A DNA stretch of 64,000 bases from Stegostoma tigrinum (lineage: Eukaryota), in contig NC_081387.1 in assembly GCF_030684315.1 (NCBI RefSeq), positions 6,118,497-6,182,496 on the forward strand, read 5' to 3'. A program made the position numbers and the translations under genes. A model generated the notes under the pieces. It saw only the letters and a program-made list of their open reading frames with translations. It made no database searches and was not told where the DNA came from. Positions 48,368 to 61,458 of this stretch are shown here, piece by piece. Position 1 is the stretch's first letter; each line of letters starts with the position of its first letter.

Positions 48368-48592
48368 CTTTCCTTTCAAAATATTTCTTTCCAGCTTCCA
48401 GATAACTGTTTAAATTTTCATCAGAATCCCATTTCTCCTTCAGCTTCGCTGCAGAGTGATTTGATGCAACCCATCTCATTCTGGCTGGCCCTAACCTAAT
48501 AACGTCCTTTCCATCAAATCCAAATCATATTGACCTCTTCACAGAGCCATCATCACTGACCTCAACCTAGCTATCTGTTGAAGTGTGAATTC
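48368..48592 (-). pseudogene. Isolated MHC class I alpha2 exon remnant (paralog 3)
   Basis: VEVSDDGSVKRSI*FGFDGKDV...RMRWVASNHSAAKLKEKWDSDE...YLEAGKKYFERK; internal deletion, stops and donor GT>AT. Flanking intron sequence is also homologous. Confidence 0.9.
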
Positions 48593-50349
48593 CTGTCAGT
48601 GACGAAACCCAGATCAATAATCAAGAATTAATTGCTAACTTAAATTGATAATTTAATTGGTCATTTGTTTTGATCACAGGATGCATTCTCGGGGATGTTG
48701 TCCAGGTCGTTCCTTGACCACTCTGTCAGCCTCCCTCAGGCACTGACCCATGATGGGACTCCATGTGTTATTTACGAGGACACTGTCCTCCATTGAGCTG
48801 TGAAATCTCTTCCCCTGACCTTGAGAGAATGGTGATGAGAAGAAATCTTACTGTTCCTAAAGTTTCCATTTCTCTCTCGTCGATGTAACTTTTCAAAAAA
48901 TTGCTCCAGCAGTTCTGTTTCAATCATCATGAGGTATACACAACTATAATCAACAATTGCAGTTCATCTATTTCTCTTCTATATTCCTCATAATTCCCTC
49001 ATTATAAATTTCATCATTTAGAAATTGATTGCTGATTGGCAATTACCTTAATTACCTCACAGACCAGCTCAGAGTGGGCACCATGAGGGGAAGGTTGGTG
49101 TTAGATGAGCTTGACTCTTTAGCTGGGCCCAATCCCTTCCCCTTTCCTGATGACCAAGATGTGGGACCTATTCTGTCTCTTTCTAATTCAACTTCTTAAA
49201 TTTAAATACAAGAAATGTTTTATGAGCTCACTTTGCTGCATGCCACATTTTTCTTTTTTAATCACTCATCTTTTCAAAGGCATTCATTACTTGCATTCAC
49301 TGTTCTTCACTGAGCAAGTTGCTCAAGCTTTCTTCATTCTTTAAACACTTTTTAAAAACAAAGTCAATATTATTCCAAACTAGATCTGAAGCAACTGCCA
49401 CCCAGATTTCTTGCTGCTGAGAATAAAAAGCTCATGATAAATCTGACTGCTTTTTGGAGAGTGGAAAAAAGGGGTTGTTTTGCTCCAGGAGAAATGGAAA
49501 GTGTTGTCAGTGATCAGCGTATCTGGCAGTATCTCTGCAGAGAGAAAGAAGGCCAGTGACACTTCATCAGAACTAGCGCATTTGGGCCTGAAGCATTGAG
49601 TCTGTTCATCTCTCTGCAAATTCTGCCTTAGCTTCTGAGAATTTCTAGTATTTTCAGTTTAAATTTCAGATTTCCAGCATCTGCAATACCCAGCTGCCCT
49701 ATTATAAACTTCAATGGCATTTATAAATCTGGTTAGTTCAAAATGAAAGTGGGAAAATATTTATCACTCAATGTAGAAAGTAATGTTTCTTTTATGAACG
49801 TCTTGTTGTGTCAATAGAAATGTCGTTGTCAGGAAATTGGCTCTACTTCAAGATTTTGCTATTTTTAAAGTTGAAAGTAAAACCAAGGTTCATTCACCAA
49901 TCCATTTTGGGATTGTCTTTTGGGATACCTGTCTGAATCTTTTAGATATTGCAGTTGGATATTGCCTCAGAGCAGGTCCAAAGAAGCAGAGCTTGTTGCA
50001 TAAATGAACAACCAAAATATGTGCAAAGGTCTGCAAAAGTAATGTTTGTAAAGTGGGCCATACTTAAACCTAGGCTATCAAAGTTCTTTCAAATCAAGGA
50101 ATGGATAGTCAAATCTTTTGTTACGTGCATAAAGAAAGTTCAACTCTAGCTCTTTGGCTGTAGTTGCAAATTCTGGGCCTCTAAGGGATCAGGGTAGGGG
50201 ATGAATGGGGCTCACAAAAAGGGCCTATGATCCCTCTTCCCCCTGGTCATGGACCCTGGATTTCACAGCTGGGGGATGGATTTGTTCTTGCAACTCGCAG
50301 AATAAAAGAAATATTTGTATCAAAAGGCTGCGTGGTTAGCAATCGAGCA

Positions 50350-51385
50350 GCATAGAGCATTTTAGCTATGAGGATATACTTGGGTCATTTTCTTTAGAGC
50401 AGAGAAGGTTGATGGGGAGCTGGCTGAAGTGTGTGTGATTATGGGGTACATGGACAGGGCAGAGAGGAAACAACTGTTCCCCTTGGTTCAAGATTAAGGT
50501 GAAGGGCCAGAGGTTGAAAAGGGATTCGCAGACAACATTTTGCACCCAGACAGTGGTGGGAAGCTGGTATGTATGGACTGTGAAGGTAGTCAAGAGGGTA
50601 ACCTCACAACCTTTGAAAAGCACCAGATGAACACTTGAAATGTCATGATTATGGACCAGGTCATAGAGACATAGAGAATACAGCTTGGAAACAGACCCTT
50701 TGTTTCAACTCATCTATGCCGACCAGATAAATTTCGTCTCAATTGTCAGCATTTGGTCCATATCGCCCTAAACACTTCCTATTCATATACTCACCTAGAT
50801 ACTTTTGAAATGTTATAATTGTTCCAGCCTCCACCACTTCCTCTGGCAGTTCATTCCATACACGCATCATCCTCTGCATGAAAAAGTTGCTCCAGAGGTC
50901 CCTTTTAAATCTTTCCCCTTTTAACTTAAACCTATGCCCTCTAATTTTGGACTCCCCTACCTGGGATAAGGACCTTATCTATTTACTCTATCCATGCCCC
51001 TCATTATTTTATAAACTTCTATAAGGTCAGCCCTCAGCCTCCGACATTCCAGGGAAAATAGCTCCGGCCTTTCAACATCTCCCGAGAGCTCAAACCCTTC
51101 GGCCCTGGCAGCATTTGTGTAAATCTTTTACGAACCCATTCAGGTTTCACAACATCCTTCCTATTGCAGGGAGAGTATAATTACACATAGTATTCCAATA
51201 GTGGCCTAACCAGTGTCCTGTACAGCTGCAACATGACCTCCCAACGCCTATATTCACTGCACTGACCAATAAAGGAAAGCATACCAAACACGTTCTTCGC
51301 TGTTCTATCTACCTGGAACTCCATTTTCAAGGAGCTATGAACCTGCATTCTAAGGTCTGTTTGTTTAACAACATTCCCAGTGACC
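50350..51385. mobile_element. CR1 fragments (+ 50350-50660; - 50660-51385)
   Basis: QLYRTLVRPLLEY motif and CR1 3'UTRs. Confidence 0.75.
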
Positions 51386-51419
51386 CTTCTCCGAGGAAAG
51401 GTCATTGGACCTGAAACAA

Positions 51420-52380
51420 ATGCAAATGCCTTATTAGCTCTACCTAACAACTTTATTTGGATCAACAATGTCCACATAGTCAATGACCATTTCATTTCTT
51501 TAGCCACTTTCTCAAATAAAATGGAAAAAGAGATCTCTACGGCCTTCTCATCAAACTTAGGCGACACTAGGACATACTTAAACAGATCACCACCAGGTCT
51601 TTCACTATGAGGTGACTGCTAACCATCACTATCGTCATCACCACCCCTACTGTTCACCTCTACTTCCGTCATTCTAAGATTCCAGTTCAAATTTCCAGAA
51701 TTCAAAAAGCCTTTTCTCTCTTCCTTTCATCTCTCTTTTTCAAGTTTTCTTCTGTTTTCTATCGTAATTCAGTCTGTTTCCTTTCTTTTTTATGTTCAAG
51801 CTGCTTCAGTGGCAATTGAATTTTAGTCATTTTCAAAGATCCCAAAGCATTTCTGGCGATTGCAAATGTCAAATTATTGCTGCAATTCCCCCCAGCTTCC
51901 TCGTGGACACGGGCAATTACAGCTCGAACTTGTCAGCCAGTTTCAAAAGCCATGTCTCACGCACCTTCTGTAAACTACCTCAAGTATTTTCTTGGACAAT
52001 GGGAACTGCAGATGCTGGAGAATCCAAGATAACAAAGTGTGGAGCTGGATGAACACAGCAGGCCAAGCAGCATCTCAGGAGCACAAAAGCTGACATTTCG
52101 GGCCTAGGCCCATCATCAGAGGGTCTGATGAAGGGTCTAGGCCCGAAACGTCAGCTTTTGTGCTCCTGAGATGTTGCTTGGCCTGCTGTGTTCATCCAGC
52201 TCCACACTTTGTTATCAAGTATTTTCTTCACCACCCAGGATACTGTTAGCAACTGAAAGCCACTGTCACACAAGGCACACTTTGTTTAACTCAAAAGAAT
52301 ACAATGTAGGAAAAAGAAAACACCATCACTCACCATTCACAGTCTTTTGAAGCCAAAAATCCAAAACATAATCTGAAATT
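51420..52380 (-). mobile_element. Gmr1-like Gypsy gag N-terminal fragment
   Basis: PKFDEKAVE...FEKVAKEMKW...WTLLIQ.KL.GRA. Confidence 0.7.
51994..52214. mobile_element. 221-bp palindromic PLE-terminus mini-element; 14-bp TSD TCAAGTATTTTCTT
   Basis: TSD at 51980-51993 and 52215-52228; CTGATGA on both strands (52113-52119 reverse, 52125-52131 forward). Confidence 0.9.
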
Positions 52381-52412
52381 ATAGATTTTGATCATGATAA
52401 AAGCCTCCAGTT

Positions 52413-52990
52413 TGTTATAGACCAGACCAAAACCCCTTCAAATATATCAAGGAAAGAACCTAGACCTTTTTTCCATTAATTAAATGTTTGAAGCAAATAC
52501 GCTTTATTCTTATCCCATAGTTAAAGTACAAAGAAAAGATAGGTAGTTTTGGGATAACTTAACTCTATTAGAAAATTTAACAGAATAATAGATGATTAAA
52601 CTACTAAACAGCAACTATTCCAAGATGATAACATCCCATAAACACACCTTTTGCAAATGCAAATTCATTAAAATAGATTGTCTCACCTGCAATTCTAGCA
52701 ACAGAAATAGAATCTAAGCTTTTCATTTTAACAGACCAAGGGATAAAAGATTCCACATTCAGTGCCCAGTCCCCAGAAAATGATGAAATCAAAACTAAAA
52801 CTCTGTTTCTGTGGGAGCTTGACTCCACCCATTAATGCTGCTTTTAGTTTGCCTATTTAAAGAAAAACAAGCTCTCACAATCTGCGCACTTTATTAGTTT
52901 GGAGGATGGAGCTCGGCATCTGTGGCTCAAAATCTCTCTTCAACATAAAACAGAGCAAAATGTACCTCTTAAAACCATTGTCTGATCACA
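52413..52990. mobile_element. LTR (TG...CA) of the Gypsy family
   Basis: TGTTATAGACCAGACC start and TCACA end; homologous to the other LTR copies and adjacent to the gag fragment. Confidence 0.7.
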
Positions 52991-55164
52991 AAAGTTGTAT
53001 GGAAGCTTCAGGATGTTCTAACCAGATAACCTCCTGAGCATATTGGCTGAAAATATTCAAATTCATTGAGCCAAAAATGTCTTGGCACAGAAAAAGAAAA
53101 CTGTTCAGCCAACACATGTAGGTTGGTCAAAAACAAGCATTTAAATATTCAATCCAATTTCTTGGCACTTAACCAATAGTCTTGCATCTTTTGGTGTTGC
53201 CAATGTACATCCAAATATTTCTTAAATATTATGAGGGGTTCTGCCTCTACCATCCTTACACACAGCAATTTCCAGGTTGTCACCAAATATTTAGGTGTAA
53301 AGGTTTTCCCACGTATCATCTCTCAACGTTTTGTCCCTTAACTTAAATTTATACCCCTGGTCATGGATTGCTTCATCAAGGGGAGAATTTCTCCCAATCT
53401 ACTGTCTCTGTGCTACACATAATTTTATACAGCTTGACCATGTCCGTTCTCAAATTCCTCTGTTCTAAGGAAAAGAACCCCACTGTGCTCAATCTCTTTT
53501 GTCACAGAATTAGAGGTAATCTTATTGAAAAATGAATGATTCTAGAAGTGACACCACATACATTGGGATGGTATTTCCCCTTTTATCCAATTGCAACCTT
53601 GCAACACGTGGAATCTGACATTACTTTAGATACGTTGAATTTTCTCCTTTGCCCCTTTGGAATTAGCTCACATAGGCTCAGGCCATTGTTCAAATTCAAA
53701 GCTGCATCAATGATTCTGGAAGTGAACAGGAATGTGCAGGTAAATCTCGAATGAAATCAACTATTATTTTATCTAACTGTAAAGAACAATGATGTTCCAA
53801 ATGGCTTGGCTGTAATTTTGTTCATAATCGTCTTACAAACGGCAAGGTAAGTCAGTTTGCTGGGAGGGTTAAAAAAAAGGTATTCAGTGTTCTGTTGATG
53901 TAACGTTAATTCCCCAGGACTAGAAGTGAAGTAGATCTAACCCAACACCAACGAATTAACACTTAATCTGCCCATTGCCAAGTTTATCCATGAGATTACT
54001 TCTAATGCTAGACTGCATTGATCGAGAGTTCAGGCTTCAAAACCTATTATGGTACTAGATACTATTGAAACTCAGAAACTTCTCATCAATGGATAATACT
54101 GTTGCTTTTAGCCTGGCTCTCAAACATTCCTTGAAATAACTGGCACTGACAATAGTTCGTGCCCAACGTTATATGGCAGTGAGGCAATCTCTCTTTAAAA
54201 ATAAACGGGTATTCAGACAACTGTACACAAACAGGCACAAGGCGCAGCCTGCCACCAACTCACAATACACAATAGTACACACAGAAAGAGTAATGATATC
54301 TCTTTAACAGCCTACCACTGGGACCAGCTTTAATGTTGCCACTGAAGGATTCCTAACTTTCCAACTTTCCACCAGATACTTCTTTATTCCCTCTCTGAAT
54401 AGATAATCATTTTCAGAGAGCAGTTCACCCCAAAAGAGCAGCATTGTCATTCCAATCACTTTTGATTCCGACTTCTCTGCCAGACAAGTATGGGGAATAA
54501 CTTGGTGAGAAATTAACAACTTGTGACCTTTACTTAAGTAAGCACACATCCTGTATTGAAAAATATCACCTCATTTGTATTGTTAATGTTGACTGATCAT
54601 AAGCAGTGAGCAGGGTAATTTTGATGAAAATCTTCACCCTAGGAGCGGCAAAATTCCAGGCAGCTCAAAACTTCAAACACTTGAAATATTCCCAACATTG
54701 TCACTTACCAATCGGAAAAAAATACACAGAAGTGCATCATCATTTGCTGGGCAGGATAAATATTCTCCATTTCAGATATGGTGAATAAATCTGGAACTGA
54801 AAGCAGATGCAAAGGAATAAATGCAGCACATTTATTAAATGGTTAACAAAACTGAGATGATCAGATTCCCCTTCCAGAAAATGAAATAGATTTTTAAGTA
54901 TAGGTATAAATGGAATTTCCGAAAGATAAATGCAACAGAATCACACCAAGCAGCAATGTGAAAACAACCAGGTAATCATTACATGGTGATGATGACAACC
55001 AGCACAAGGAGGTGAACTAATGTTAATATAATCAAGGAATAACACTGTGGCTTCAAGAAGAGACATTATAACAGAGCAGGCTATAGCTAAGAGATGTGTT
55101 TTGCAGAGAGATAAAAGTAAGACAAATGTTTAAAAATGTGATTGATCAGGTACTGCACAAAAGA

Positions 55165-55690
55165 TGTCGTGGCCAAACCAAACACCCTCAAAATATATCA
55201 AGAAGGTATTGCTGATTTTAGCTTTTATCTCATTTGAAGGCAAATGTTCCAGATGTCTTTCAAAGTGTCAGAAAAATATGTTTTAAGCAAAACAGTTTTC
55301 CTCATATACAACAAATACAATGCCAACATTAAAAAAAAAGAAATTGGCATAACATTATCGAAATACTTAACAAAATAATGCATTATTTGACTACTCATCA
55401 TCAGTTGTTCCATTACTTGTGTGTGTGTGCATGTGTGTGTGTGTGTTGAAATGAACCTTTGGAAAAGGCTAATACAGAACCACAGATTGTCTCATGTGCT
55501 GTCTGCATTTCATAAGGAAGCAACACTAAAGTAAATCATCTATTAGCAGAGAAAGAGCCCAATCTTTTGGCTGCACCAGCGTGAGAAAGAGAGAGAGCTG
55601 TATCAACTCCAAAACCCCAACTTCAACTCAAAGCAAAATGAAAACGTTGGGTCTGTGTGAGCCTGACTCCGGACACACGGGCTTCTTTTT
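55165..55690. mobile_element. Diverged LTR-like repeat with (TG)n microsatellite
   Basis: GCCAAACCAAACACCCTCAAAATATATCAAG start shared with 52413. Confidence 0.55.
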
Positions 55691-58427
55691 GCAGAATTAG
55701 AGTTATAGAGATGGATAGAACTGGAATAGACTCTTCAATCCAACTCCTCCATGCTGACTATCTAACCTAAAATAATCAAGTGCCATTTGTCCACATTTGT
55801 TCACATCTCCCTAAATCCTTCATGTTCATGTACACATTCAGATGCCTTCTAGCTGTTGTAACTGTACCAACCTTTAGCACTTCCTCCGGGTGAAAAAGCT
55901 GCCCCTTAGGTCCCACTAAAAATCTTTCCCTTCTCACCTTAAACCTCTGCCCACGAGAACAGAGAACGAGAACACAGAAAACACAGCACAGGTTTGAGCC
56001 CATCAGCATTTTTAACTAATCCCTTGTGCCTAAGCTTAGTTCATAGCCATCCATTGCTTGCATATTCATGTGTTTATCTAAAAGTCCCTTAAGTGCGCCC
56101 ATCATGTCTACATCTGCCAAAACTCCTGGCATGTGCACCTGACTCCTACCACTCTCTGGTGAAAAATCTTATCTCTCACGTCACATTTGAAATTTCTCCC
56201 ACTCACATTAAATGCATGTTCCCCCGTAGTATTAGATGTTGCAAATCTGGCGGGGGGTGGGGGGGGGGTGGGGGTGGTGGGAGGTTCCTTCCATCAGCCT
56301 GATCTGTGAATCTCATTATTTTATCAATGCCTATCAAGTGTTCCACAGAACCAATCCAAGATTTTTCTATCCTCTCTTTGTAGCTCATATCCTCTAATCC
56401 AGGCAGAACCCAGGTAAACCTCTTCGGCACCCTTTCCAAAGTCTCCATATTCCTCCTGTAATGTGGTGACCAGAGCTGAATATAATACTCTAAATTTGAT
56501 CCAAACAAAGCCTTATAAAGTTTCAACATGACATCCTGACTCTTGTACTCAATTCTGTGATCATTAAAATAAAATATATCATATGCCATCTTTACCAATC
56601 TATTTGTGTAGCCACTTTCAGGGACTATGAACTTGAACCTGAAGATCCATCTGTATATCAATATTGTTCAGGGTTGTGCCATTAATTGCATAATTTTCCT
56701 TAACAATTGATCTCCCAAAATTTGACACTTCACACTTACCTAGAGTAAAGAGCATTTATCATTTTTCTAGCCATATCGGCAACTGATCTATATCTCACTG
56801 TATCCTTTGACAACCATCTGCACTCTCCAGAACCGCACCGATCGGTGTGTTATCTGCATACTTACTAATACACTCACCTACATTTCCATTCAAGTCATTT
56901 CTATATGCTTATTGCCTATATATACAAATACATACATACACAAATATATAAGTAAACATATCGCAAACAGCCGAGGTCCCAGTAGAGATCCATGTGGAAT
57001 ACCACTATTCATGGACCTCCAGGCAGAAAAACACTCTTCCACTACCACCTGCTCCCTTCTATGGGCAAACCAATTCTCAATCACGGCACAAGTCACTGTG
57101 GATCTCTTGCATCCTGGACATCTGGATGAGCATACCATGAAGGTACTTGTCGAAAACCTTAAGAAAATCCCTGCAGGCAATATCTACAGCTCTATATCAT
57201 TGATCACCTTCACGACTACCTCAAAAACTTCAGTCAAGTTACTGAGACATGGCTTGCTCCACACAAAGCTCAGCTGATGCTCCTTAATTAGGTAATAATT
57301 TTCCAAATGTGCTAATATCCCATCCCCAAGAATTATTTCCAACATCTTCCCAACTCAAATCTGAGAATCATTGATCTATTGTTTCCTGGATTATCTCTAT
57401 TCAACTTCTGGAAGAGTGGAAAAGCCTTAGTTACTCATCAGTCCTCTGCGACTTCTCCAGTGACAAAAGAGGATACAATGATCTTGGTCAATGCCCCAGA
57501 AATCTCCTCTCTTGCCTTTCTCAAAAACTTAGAGTAGATACCATCGGGCCCTGGGGACTTATCCACCTTAATATTCTTCAACAGATGCAACGCAACTTCT
57601 TTCTTGATCTCAAAATGCCCTAGCATATCCCCATGCTGCACATTAATCTCACTATCCTCCATATCACTTATCTCAGTGAATGCTGACATAACGTACTCTT
57701 TTAGAATGTTACCCATACCTTGTGGTTCCAAGCATAACTTCTGTCCTTTATAATTGAGTGGTCCAACCTTCTCCCTAATTACCCTCTCCTTATTAAAGTA
57801 TATGTATATTGCCTTGGGATTCTCTTTAAGCCTTCTTGCTAAAATAATTTCACAGTACCTGATTGTTCTCCTAATTCCCTCCTTGAGTTATTTCCTGTTT
57901 TCTTTATATTCCTTATGGGACCTCTCTGATTTTCATTTTTTAAAGCTTACACATGATTTATTTTACTCCTTTTGATGAAAATCACAACCTCTCTTGTTAT
58001 CCAAGGTTCCTTTACTTTGGCATCCTTGTCCTTAATCCTTTCCAGAACACAAAGGTCCTGAATCCTGCTCAGTAGGCCTTTAAACTGAATTTGATGGATA
58101 ACAGCTCATCCCAATTAACACTCCCTAGCTCCTGTCAATTACAGATGTAATTTGCCTTCACCCACATTGTACCTTCCCTGACTCATCCTTATTCATAGCT
58201 ATTTTAACACTTCAAGAAATGTGATCACTGTTCAAAATGCTCTCGCGAAATGCTCATTCCGCTGTCAAATCTTATTAGCCAAATATGGTCCGTTCTCTCA
58301 TTGAGCTATTCATACACTGTTTCAAGAAACCCTCTTCAATGCACTTAACAAATCCTTCCCCATCTAAGCCTCTTGCTGTCAGGGATTCCAGTCAAAATTG
58401 AGGAAATCAAGTCACCTACTGTGACAA

Positions 58428-61400
58428 TAAAATGTGAGGCTGGATGAACACAGCAGGCCAAGCAGCATCTGAGGAGCACAAAAGCTGACGTTTCGGGCCT
58501 AGATCCTTCATCAGAGAGGGGGATGGGGAGAGGGAACTGGAATAAATAGGGAGAGAGGGGGAGGCGGACCGAAGATGGAGAGTAAAGAAGATAGGTGGAG
58601 AGAGTGTAGGTGGGGAGGTAGGGAGGGGATAGGTCAGTCCAGGGAAGACGGTCAGGTCAAGGAGGTGGGATGAGGTTAGTAGGTAGCTGGGGGTGCGGCT
58701 TGGGGTGGGACGAAGGGATGGGTGAGAGGAAGAACAGGTGAGGTAGGCAGAGACAGGTTGGACTGGTTTTGGGATGCAGTGGGTAGGGGGGAAGAGCTGG
58801 GCTGGTTGTGTGGTGCAGTGGGGGGAGGGGACGAACTGGGCTGGTTTAGGGATGCAGTAGGGGAAGGGGAGATTTTGAAACTGGTGAAGTCCACGTTGAT
58901 ACCATATGGCTGCAGCGTTCCCAGGCGGAATATGAGTTGCTGTTCCTGCAACCTTCGGGTGGCATCATTGTGGCACTGCAGGAGGCCCATGATGGACATG
59001 TCATCTAGAGAATGGGAGGGGGAGTGGAAATGGTTTGCGACTGGGAGGTGCAGTTGTTTGTTGCGAACTGAGCGGAGGTGTTCTGCAAAGCGGTCCCCAA
59101 GCCTCCGCTTGGTTTCCCCAATGTAGAGGAAGCCGCACCGGGTACAGTGGATGCAGTATACCACATTGGCAGATGTGCAGGTGAACCTCTGCTTAATGTG
59201 GAATGTCAATTGGGGCCTGGGATGAGGGTGAGGGAGGAGGTGTGGGGACAGGTGTAGCATTTCCTGCGGTTGCAGGGGAAGGTGCCGGGTGTGGTGGGGT
59301 TGGAGGGCAGTGTGGAGCGAACAAGGGAGTCACAGAGAGAGTGGTCTCTCCGGAAAGCTGACAGGGGAGGGGATGGAAAAATGTCTTGGATGGTGGGGTC
59401 GGATTGTAAATGGCGGAAGTGTCGGAGGATGATGCGTTGTATCCGGAGGTTGGTAGGGTGGTGTGTGAGAACGAGGGGGATCCTCTTGGGGCGGTTGTGG
59501 CGGGGGCGGGGTGTGAGGGATGTGTTGCGGGAAATACGGGAGACGCGGTCAAGGGCGTTCTCGATCACTGTGGGGGGAAAGTTGCGGTCCTTCAAGAACT
59601 TGGACATCTGGGATGTGCGGGATTGGAATGTCTTATCGTGGGAGCAGATGCGGCGGAGGCGGAGGAATTGGGAATAGGGGATGGAATTTTTGCAGGAGGG
59701 TGGGTGGGAGGAGGTGTATTCTAGGTAGCTGTGGGAGTCGGTGGGCTTGAAATGGACATCAGTTACAAGCTGGTTGCCTGAGATGGAGACTGAGAGGTCC
59801 AGGAAGGTGAGGGATGTGCTGGAGACTGCCAGCTATGCCTGCCTCTTTGTAGGTTACGTGGAACAGTCCCTCTTCCGCACCTACACAGGCCCCAAACTCC
59901 ACCTCTTCCTCCGGTACAGTGATGACTGTATCGGCGCCGCCTCTTGCTCCCCAGAGGAGCTCGAACAGTTCATCCACTTCACCAACACCTTCCACCCCAA
60001 CCTTCAGTTCACCTGGGCAATCTCCAGCACATCCCTCACCTTCCTGGACCTCTCAGTCTCCATCTCAGGCAACCAGCTTGTAACTGATGTCCATTTCAAG
60101 CCCACCGACTCCCACAGCTACCTAGAATACACCTCCTCCCACCCACCCTCCTGCAAAAATTCCATCCCCTATTCCCAATTCCTCCGCCTCCGCCGCATCT
60201 GCTCCCACGATAAGACATTCCACTCCCGCACATCCCAGATGTCCAAGTTCTTTAAGGACCGCAACTTTCCCCCCACAGTGATCGAGAACGCCCTTGACCG
60301 CGTCTCCCGTATTTCCCGCAACACATCCCTCACACCCCGCCCCCGCCACAACCGCCCCAAGAGGATCCCCCTCGTTCTCACACACCACCCTACCAACCTC
60401 CGGATACAACGCATCATCCTCCGACACTTCCGCCATCTACAATCCGACCCCACCACCCAAGACATTTTTCCATCCCCTCCCCTGTCAGCTTTCCGGAGAG
60501 ACCACTCTCTCCGTGACTCCCTTGTTCGCTCCACACTGCCCTCCAACCCCACCACACCCGGCACCTTCCCCTGCAACCGCAGGAAATGCTACACCTGACC
60601 CCACACCTCCTCCCTCACCCCCATCCCAGGCCCCAATTGACATTCCACATTAAGCAGAGGTTCACCTGCACATCTGCCAATGTGGTATACTGCATCCACT
60701 GTACCCGGTGCGGCTTCCTCTACATTGGGGAAACCAAGCGGAGGCTTGGGGACCGCTTTGCAGAACACCTCCGCTCAGTTCGCAACAAACAACTGCACCT
60801 CCCAGTCGCAAACCATTTCCACTCCCCCTCCCATTCTCTAGATGACATGTCCATCATGGGCCTCCTGCAGTGCCACAATGATGCCACCCGAAGGTTGCAG
60901 GAACAGCAACTCATATTCTGCCTGGGAACGCTGCAGCCATATGGTATCAATGTGGACTTCACCAGTTTCAAAATCTCCCCTTCCCCTACTGCATCCCTAA
61001 ACCAGCCCAGTTCGTCCCCTCCCCCCACTGCACCACACAACCAGCCCAGCTCTTCCCCCCTACCCACTGCATCCCAAAACCATCCAACCTGTCTCTGCCT
61101 CCCTAACCTGTTCTTCCTCTCACCCATCCCTTCCTCCCACCCCAAGCCGCACCCCCATCTACCTACTAACCTCATCCCACCTCCTTGACCTGTCCATCTT
61201 CCCTGGACTGACCTATCCCCTCCCTACCTCCCCACCTACACTCTCTCCACCTATCTTCTTTACTCTCCATCTTCGGTCCGCCTCCCCCTCTCTCCCTATT
61301 TATTCCAGTTCCCTCTCCCCATCCCCCTCTCTGATGAAGGGTCTAGGCCCGAAACGTCAGCTTTTGTGCTCCTGAGATGCTGCTTGGCCTGCTGTGTTCA

Positions 61401-61458
61401 TCCAGCCTCACATTTTATTATCTTGGAATTCTCCAGCATCTGCAGTTCCCACTATCTC
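58428..61458. mobile_element. Young Penelope-like insertion forming a ~3-kb inverted repeat; 16-bp TSD TCACCTACTGTGACAA
   Basis: Left arm 58428-~59830 (-) mirrors ~60013-61420 (+). RT C-terminus and GIY-YIG (LYIGETKRRLGDRFAEHL). TSD at 58412-58427 and 61459-61474. Confidence 0.95.
61328..61362 (+). ncRNA. Minimal hammerhead ribozyme motif in the PLE terminus (mirror copy ~58485-58516)
   Basis: CUGAUGA-A-[GGGU cuag GCCC]-GAAAC-GUC. Helix III is reduced to palindromic ACGU and helix I is only ~2 bp. Confidence 0.65.

Noticed and set aside
59741-60598. 285-aa ORF as a functional RT
   Set aside because: Chimera across the inversion junction of a 5'-truncated PLE; lacks the RT N-terminus, has YSDD instead of YIDD and a premature stop.
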